Shown: positions 59,601 to 64,000 of the stretch, piece after piece
Numbering within the stretch: the first letter of the stretch is position 1
Layout: each line of letters begins with the position of its first letter
Assembly: GCF_006345805.1 (NCBI RefSeq)
Contig: NC_042999.1
Span: 77,314,001-77,378,000 of the forward strand
Direction: 5' to 3'
DNA: 64,000 bases
Source of the DNA: Octopus sinensis
Taxonomy: Eukaryota
Translations under genes and position numbers: made by a program
The notes under the pieces: generated by a model
The model's input: only the letters and a program-made list of their open reading frames with translations
The model's database searches: none
What the model was told of the DNA's origin: nothing

Positions 59601-60662
59601 AGCCCAGTCCAAAGTCAGTTTCTTTATTTAATTAATCAATTTGAGTAGAGGAACAATGCATATGACTATGGCAATGCTCAACCTGTTAATAGCTACAATG
59701 ACTATTATATTAGCTTGAATGTTGGACTCGGATCTTTGTTCCCTTTGCTAGAACCTTGTAAAAAGCTAGTGTTAACACACAGCTGCCTTGTGTTGTGAAA
59801 GCTGAAATAAATCCAGCATATTTTATCTGCCATGCAGAGACCCTCATCATACACAAATGTCTGTGTAAAAGATCTTGTATAAACTGAGTTCAAGCAACAG
59901 GATCCTCTTGCAACACTGTAATTCGTTATTGGTCCATACTTATCTGTAGTCTCTCTGAAGTTCATTCCCCACCTTGTTTGTATTTCAATGAATTTTGATG
60001 TTGCAGAAGAAAATTAAACAGTTTTACTCCATGGCCCTTCTTATTTCCAGCAGTCACCACTTCAATATCGGTGTACATGCCTGTTTGCTTTTCTATATCT
60101 ACCTCTACATATTAAATTGAAATTTTAATTATTATATGCTTTGCAACAGGTGTTTCCTACCCTTTTCCTTGTTTAAAGACTTATAATACTCACATACACA
60201 CACTCTTATGTTTCTAAACGTTTTACACTGATAAAATATGCATTTCTGCACTCATTTAATTACTGCAGCTGCATAGATGATGGAGGGGCAGTGCTAGAGA
60301 GCTGATGGGTGATGGAAAAGACTTGAGGAGGAAATTGTGTGAAGGCTTCAGTTTCGCTGAAATGTACATATCTTAAGTATTGCATATCACCAGACATCCT
60401 GGTCCTTAGTTATCTTTTCTATGAGGTTCAAGGTCCTGAGATCAGCCTTCACTACTTTATCTTATGTCTTCATGGACCTCTCTCTTCCACAAGCTTCATC
60501 AAAGCTGTGGCATCCAGCCTTAGCTACTCTTAATTTTCCAATTTCATTGTGAAACATGGAAACAGGAAACTTTTAAAATCTCATATAGAATTGTTTTAAA
60601 TTATGTGATTCCATCTTCAGGGTGCCACTGAGGTGAAGTCATCAGAAGAGATTTCAGCAAGT
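5623..60662 (+). CDS. TPD52: TPD52-family (tumor protein D52/D53/D54-like) gene, spliced CDS, 3' end incomplete
   Basis: Manual joining of 5623-5893, 35001-35134, 35729-35877, [42184-42207], 49393-49494, 50702-50762, 55157-55192 and 60621-60662 gives one open frame with matching phases. The core [46 protein letters not shown]...YQKTS...[22 protein letters not shown] matches the D52 coiled-coil and D52 motifs as recalled for human TPD52. Orthology to a particular vertebrate paralogue is not resolvable. Confidence 0.93.
11797..12145 (+). mobile_element. SINE family B head with an RTE-like tail
   Basis: Family B central domain followed by caggaaggacatccagccatagaaaatctgcc...gcatgaaaaagtggacattaactgatg. 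Confidence 0.75.
13830..14010 (+). mobile_element. CR1-like LINE 3' remnant
   Basis: [11 protein letters not shown] resembles the CR1 C-terminal FFSxRVVxxWN motif. Confidence 0.5.
15495..15645 (-). mobile_element. Short 5'-truncated RTE 3'-end copy (a second stub follows at 15657-15693)
   Basis: Near-identical reverse complement of about 54600-54750, including the (ATC)n tail. Confidence 0.9.
16170..16545 (+). mobile_element. SINE family B copy
   Basis: Same head and tail as 2120-2465. Confidence 0.85.
17435..17728 (+). mobile_element. Third tRNA-head SINE family (related copy at about 58052-58260)
   Basis: Both copies share tttatttcacattgctccagtcc.ct.agctg..aaaat after a B-box-like g.ttcaattc motif. 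Confidence 0.65.
18480..19700 (-). mobile_element. Heavily decayed R4/Dong-like LINE
   Basis: Scattered minus-strand motifs [27 protein letters not shown] and [13 protein letters not shown], in the expected order. Confidence 0.55.
19930..20340 (-). mobile_element. L1/Tx1-like ORF2 C-terminal remnant
   Basis: [20 protein letters not shown]...[14 protein letters not shown] resembles the C-terminus of cephalopod Tx1-like elements (from memory). Confidence 0.5.
20378..21425 (-). mobile_element. R4/Dong-like RLE non-LTR retrotransposon fragment with internal deletions
   Basis: Minus-strand peptides [37 protein letters not shown] knuckle [26 protein letters not shown] and VIAGALG...[16 protein letters not shown]. 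(AAT)n tail near 20378-20402. Confidence 0.9.
21437..21915 (+). mobile_element. Two tandem SINE family A copies separated by (ATT)n (21437-21650 and 21687-21915)
   Basis: Each starts ctggcagaat and ends ttctgccaaaattt or ttttgccaaattt, followed by att repeats. Confidence 0.82.
22413..22991. mobile_element. Charlie-type hAT MITE containing an inserted SINE
   Basis: Perfect 8-bp TSD gtctagag at 22405-22412 and 22992-22999. Right end ggttgggaaccactg. Confidence 0.85.
22512..22890 (+). mobile_element. SINE family B copy nested in the hAT MITE at a (GT)n run
   Basis: ggagtggctgtgtggtaagaagc...gactgaaaccagtaaaag-like tail. Confidence 0.88.
23766..24081. mobile_element. Charlie-type hAT MITE
   Basis: Ends catagattctcaaa and tttgagaacctctg. 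TSD ttctagag/atctagag (7/8), fitting the NTCTAGAN Charlie target. Confidence 0.8.
24712..24939. mobile_element. Second piggyBac-like MITE family
   Basis: Left end ttaacccttttgttatca, right end tggtatcaaaagggtt (14/16 inverted match), about 230 bp, no ORF. Confidence 0.7.
29900..30300 (-). mobile_element. R4/Dong-like RLE LINE 3' fragment
   Basis: Minus strand PDII...[11 protein letters not shown]...EISRMW...[10 protein letters not shown] (restriction-like endonuclease), ending at an (AAT)n run near 29902-29921. Confidence 0.8.
35001..35134 (+). CDS. TPD52: TPD52-like exon ([11 protein letters not shown]...[10 protein letters not shown])
   Basis: Acceptor ttttttcctccttgtacag|, donor AAG|gtagag, 134 nt, phase 1 to 0. 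Encodes the start of the coiled coil. Confidence 0.9.
35729..35877 (+). CDS. TPD52: TPD52-like coiled-coil exon ([12 protein letters not shown]...QQLRDSGT)
   Basis: Acceptor acttttag|, donor AC|gtaagt, 149 nt, phase 0 to 2. Carries the EIxTLxQVL and KRKLGI family signature. Confidence 0.95.
37030..37885 (-). mobile_element. Second RTE subfamily 3' fragment with an (ATAC)n tail
   Basis: 37430-37875 is the reverse complement of the C-terminal coding part of the 51263-54750 element, with small deletions. The distal 3' UTR differs. Confidence 0.88.
38390..38810 (-). mobile_element. Penelope-like element GIY-YIG endonuclease fragment
   Basis: ORF 38379-38804: YKGAT...[12 protein letters not shown]...[12 protein letters not shown]...YEISWS...LCSFKALEI fits the Penelope GIY-YIG pattern (FKxRYxNHxxSF, STxLSKxIW, IxWxI, CxLCxxE). 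Confidence 0.75.
39400..39770 (-). mobile_element. SINE family B head with an RTE-like tail
   Basis: Reverse-complement similarity to 11797-12145 and 62125-62555. Confidence 0.7.
42012..42062. repeat. (TA)n/(CA)n microsatellite about 120 nt upstream of the microexon
   Basis: Seen directly. Confidence 0.95.
42184..42207 (+). CDS. TPD52: Candidate 24-nt in-frame microexon (T-AGASSSD-L)
   Basis: CTAAT branch-like motif at 42165-42169, acceptor ttttaattcag|, donor |gtgagt, phase 2 to 2, no stop codon. Confidence 0.7.
42235..42240 (+). promoter_or_regulatory. TGCATG (RBFOX-type) intronic splicing motif 28 nt into the intron after the 24-nt microexon
   Basis: Exact hexamer in the position associated with enhanced inclusion. 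Function is inferred. Confidence 0.45.
44085..44204 (-). mobile_element. Short 5'-truncated RTE 3'-end copy
   Basis: Reverse complement of about 54619-54737, with 4 substitutions by eye. Confidence 0.92.
44218..44435 (+). mobile_element. SINE family A copy
   Basis: gtgagttggcagaattgttag...aaataaagtaccagttgagcact...tgccaacattcaaa plus (AAT/ATT)n. Confidence 0.8.
46603..46806. mobile_element. Unsplit copy of the same TTAA-type MITE, opposite orientation, inserted in a SINE
   Basis: Ends ttcaatccattagcattt and aaatgctaaaggttaa. Internal sequence is the reverse complement of 54751-54981. Confidence 0.8.
49393..49494 (+). CDS. TPD52: TPD52-like exon ([14 protein letters not shown]...SKKFDEMR)
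   Basis: Acceptor ttttttctatag|, donor AG|gtaaca, 102 nt, phase 2 to 2. YxKTS and KKxxDM/EM motifs. Confidence 0.95.
50485..50642 (+). mobile_element. Diverged RTE-type 3'-tail fragment
   Basis: gtggttggcattaggaagggcatccagc...ccatgccagcatgg...gtcgttaaataataatgat. Related decayed copies at about 310-455 (-), 7530-7625 (-) and 47745-47845 (+). Confidence 0.8.
50702..50762 (+). CDS. TPD52: TPD52-like exon ([21 protein letters not shown])
   Basis: Acceptor ttcttatttcag|, donor AAG|gtgagt, 61 nt, phase 2 to 0. NSxTFKxxEExVEN D52 motif. Confidence 0.95.
51263..54066 (+). pseudogene. Frameshifted APE-RT ORF of the RTE element
   Basis: ORF-track pieces 51183-53429 and 53401-54066 join through an 18-codon third-frame bridge ([18 protein letters not shown]), implying two 1-bp deletions near 53415 and 53467. 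The first ~27 codons of the track ORF are flanking DNA. Confidence 0.85.
54320..54572 (+). repeat. Tandem array of four 63-66 bp GC-rich units in the RTE 3' UTR
   Basis: Units start at 54320, 54384, 54447 and 54513 (caccatccgagcgtggccgtctgccagcctcgtctggcacctgtgtcggtggcacataaaa). A more diverged unit lies upstream at about 54238-54319. Confidence 0.95.
55157..55192 (+). CDS. TPD52: TPD52-like 36-nt exon ([12 protein letters not shown])
   Basis: CTAAC branch motif at 55134-55138, acceptor ctgtttag|, donor TTG|gtgagt, phase 0 to 0, open. Confidence 0.8.
56408..56770 (+). mobile_element. SINE family B copy
   Basis: Same head and tail as 2120-2465. Confidence 0.85.
60621..60662 (+). CDS. TPD52: TPD52-like 42-nt exon ([14 protein letters not shown])
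   Basis: Acceptor ttccatcttcag|, donor AGT|gtgagt, phase 0 to 0, open. Confidence 0.7.
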
Positions 60663-62124
60663 GTGAGTGAAATATTTTTTTAAAAAATGAAACCTTTTTA
60701 AAATAGCTTTATACCACACTTGTTTTCTATTAGATGTGTTACTACACCTTTTTCTGCTTCTCCTTTCTCAGCTGGTTCTGTTCAATAAAATAAGAACCAG
60801 TCAGTATATTAAGTCAATATAATTGACAGTTTCCTCCTGCACGAGTTCCTAGCCTTGTGCCTACATACTCACACATCCTCATTTTATATATTAATCAATA
60901 TGTTTGATAATGAGATTTTAGTACAACTTACCTTTCTATTTAATATGTAGACAGAAACTTTAATCTGTCAATTCTGTCTTCTTATACTATTTTACATCCA
61001 TATTTCCAAGTTAGCATGACTAAAATACCTTTTGTAATCTTGCTTACTATTAGGGTTTTTTTTTTTTTAGTCTTCCTATCTCTCTCCCTTTGACATTAAA
61101 ATAGAAATAAAGCCAGTTTATCAGCCAACCAGACTGATACAAACAGAGGTTTGAGCCATTGCCAAGGGATACTATATAATTATTATAGTAGTAGGAAGAA
61201 TCAAACTTCAAATGACATAGTCTACAACCTTAACCTCACTGCTACTATCCTTTTTAATCCACATATAATTTCTTTATAGAATACCTCATGTAATATTTTT
61301 CATTAAATAAAAAAAAATGCTTACATTGCTTATGTACAAGAAAGTTTAAACAGTGCTATTTTTATATGTTGCTTTTTCTATTCCAGATGTCAGAAAATTA
61401 TTACAGTTGTCATATTGGCATTCACTTTGTGCTAGTCTTTTTATATATCTCTTTACATTTGTTAATTAAACAGTATTTTTTTGTCCTCCTCGGAAGTGTG
61501 TGTTTATGTTCATATTCATGAAGGTGATTGTGCTTATATTCATTGTGTAAATGTGTTTGGAAATATTGAAAACTGAAATAGCTTCTTTCTTTTTTAATAT
61601 TTAATCAGCAGATATCATGAGAAATACCTCATGATTATGATGAAAATAAACAAACTTATTGTGTGATTTAATTATTACTCACATTCTATTGTTCTGTTTT
61701 CTAACAGAATTATATGTTTTCTAACGGAGTCAATGGCTTGGTGATAATGGAATTGTCTGCATGGCATGAATTTCTTGTCATTACAATGACCATCTAATCT
61801 CTGATAAATAACAACATTATTTGTACTCCAAAAAAGCTCCAAGCAACATGTGGTTGCTTGGCTTGGTAAAATTAACAGCCAAATTTCCCTCAAGTTAACT
61901 TTATCAATGTAAAAAAAAAAAAGGACACATTGGATAATGTAGGCATATATACACTATGCCTGAGAGAAAAAAAAAGGTTTATATTGGCTGGAACATTCTT
62001 GAAGATCTGTCACCCCAATCAGGACTGAACTAGAGCTAAGCAATACACAAATACACACATATTTGCAATCACAACATGTACAGTAATACTCTATACATTT
62101 CTTTCATTAGTACTTACATACTTA

Positions 62125-62555
62125 TCATCATCATCATTATCATCATTTAATGTCCACTGTTCCATGCTTGTGTATGTTGGATGGAATTTTTAGGCAGATT
62201 TTCTACAACCAGATGCCCCTATCACCAACCTTCACCTGTTTGCAAGTAAGGTAATATTCCCCCAGACCAGACATGTTTTCACAGAAGATTGGAAACAAAG
62301 ACACTGATTGCATGACTTTCATTTACAACTATCATGTAAAGTCAAGACAAGGAGACAATAATATGCATGCACGTGTGCACGCACACACATATACTATGGT
62401 TTTTGTTTTTCATTTTCTCTCTACCAAATCCACTCACAAGGCTTTGCCAACCTCAAACTATAGTAGAAGACACTTGCCCAAGGTGCCACACAATGGGACT
62501 GAACTTGAGACCATGTGGTTGGGAAGTAAACTTCTCACCACATAGCTATGCCTCT
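62125..62555 (-). mobile_element. SINE family B head with an RTE-like tail
   Basis: (CAT)n tail at about 62125-62145, head ending near catagctatgcc at 62540-62552. Confidence 0.8.
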
Positions 62556-62749
62556 GCATTATAGTTTATATAAAAGCAATAGGTTGTGTTGATATATTGT
62601 TAGATTACTAGTTAATGAGACTCAAGTTCAGATTTATTATAAGTGTTTTGTTATGTGTTAGGACAGCATAGTTAATTCTACAGAACTCAGTTCACATAAC
62701 CAGAAGAAATAAGTGCCAATTCGCTGGATATGTTAACTGTGACAAACCA

Positions 62750-63880
62750 ACATTGTCACCAAAACAGATTTATCTCTCTTCTATCCACTTCCATTCAATG
62801 AGCATGGGTTGTGGAGCACAGCATGGCAACAAGGCCACACTTCAGTCTTTGGCAGACCACTATGAGTGTATAGTCTCTGATTCCAAGCAGATGTGTGCAG
62901 TTTTTCAACGGCACTTTGCCAGATTGTTCACAAGAAGTGATAAAATGGAAATGATGGACTTCAATCTTATCTCGGTGACCTGCTGTTGCTATTGGTTAAA
63001 CATGCAGATTAGTCTGTAAAAAAGAAAAATTCAGCTGTTGAAGTAACAGACATGTTGAACAACTGTATGATGGATAAATTGCCAAACTGGACAGTCTGTT
63101 GTATGCACTTTATTATTACATGTCTGACTTCTTTGTTGTCTTGGCAGCTGTCTATTGCAATTGGTAGTAGATTGGAAGCATTCCAAATTTTGTGAACTGG
63201 TGATGCTGCTGAAGAAGAATCTGAACAAGAGAGAATAGTTGATAACTTTAAACCCATAACTCTGCTCATCATAAAGTAAAAGATTTTAGTTTAAGATGTT
63301 TGTCAATAACAGTTTCAGTCAGAGATGCAGACTTGTGTGACCCCCAGTAGATCAAACTACAATAATTTGTACTTCATGAAATAGAATATAATGTTAGTCA
63401 GCAGCAGATCTGACTTTGGTAAGTTTCTAATCAATTTAGATTAGTGTGAAGCAGATGATAGGATCAACCTTCCTACCTGGCAGTTTTCCTAAGCATAGAT
63501 GGTTTGGATCTCATCTACAGAGGCTGAATCTACAATGTGCAGTGTCATCTGTTCTGTTGTCAAATTTAAGTAGTCACCTACCAGAAGTGTTTCATATCAC
63601 ATGCGCATTTTGCCAAGGCTGCCTTCTCTCATCCCTTCAGTATATTTTACGTCCAGTGCCAAAGTATGTTAAAGATATTGAGGGCAACCTGCTTGAACTG
63701 GGATATGAAAGACCCATTTTTGGATAGATGGGAATTGAGATGGTCAGTACCTTTAGACATCATGGTGCTGACACTGGGTATCGCCGTGGTCAGTACCATT
63801 GTGGAGGAGCAGTATGAGGCATTGGGAACATGCATTACCCAGGGCAAGTTGATGGGTTTGCAATCTGGTATATGAAGAAA
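62750..63880 (+). mobile_element. Decayed L1/Tx1-like RT fragment
   Basis: HGNKATLQSL...MCAVFQRHFARLF, NLD*CEADDRI (cf. NLDQSKAFDRV) and CQGCLLSSLQYIL (cf. RQGCPLSPLLY). Confidence 0.7.
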
Positions 63881-64000
63881 GGAAAAAACTTCTGTTACTG
63901 GACCAAAAGTCTGGTTGAAGACCTTAAAATGGCAGTGCTTTACTTGTTGAACATAAATTCTACAAGCATAGCCATCTTAAAACCACCAGCAACTGTGCTT

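Overview
AT-rich animal genomic DNA. The interspersed repeats look like those of octopus/coleoid cephalopods; this is recognition from memory, not a database search. One spliced protein-coding gene runs on the + strand across almost the whole window, a tumor protein D52 (TPD52/D53/D54) family gene. I reconstruct 8 phase-compatible GT-AG coding exons from 5623 to 60662, giving 273 aa with a 24-nt microexon and 265 aa without it. No stop codon is reached, so the canonical last exon probably lies beyond the window. The introns are packed with mobile elements: a young 5'-truncated RTE-type LINE (51263-54750) inserted into a TTAA/piggyBac-type MITE, R4/Dong-like RLE LINE fragments, L1/Tx1, CR1 and Penelope remnants, two Charlie-type hAT MITEs and many tRNA-head SINEs. 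No rRNA, true tRNA gene, CRISPR array or prokaryotic system is supported. The best leads are short cassette exons carrying neural-splicing motifs, inverted-repeat and hairpin structures that could form dsRNA in the pre-mRNA, and several template-switch or nesting scars. I found no evidence of a wholly new multi-gene system. Coordinates of decayed repeats are approximate (tens of bp).
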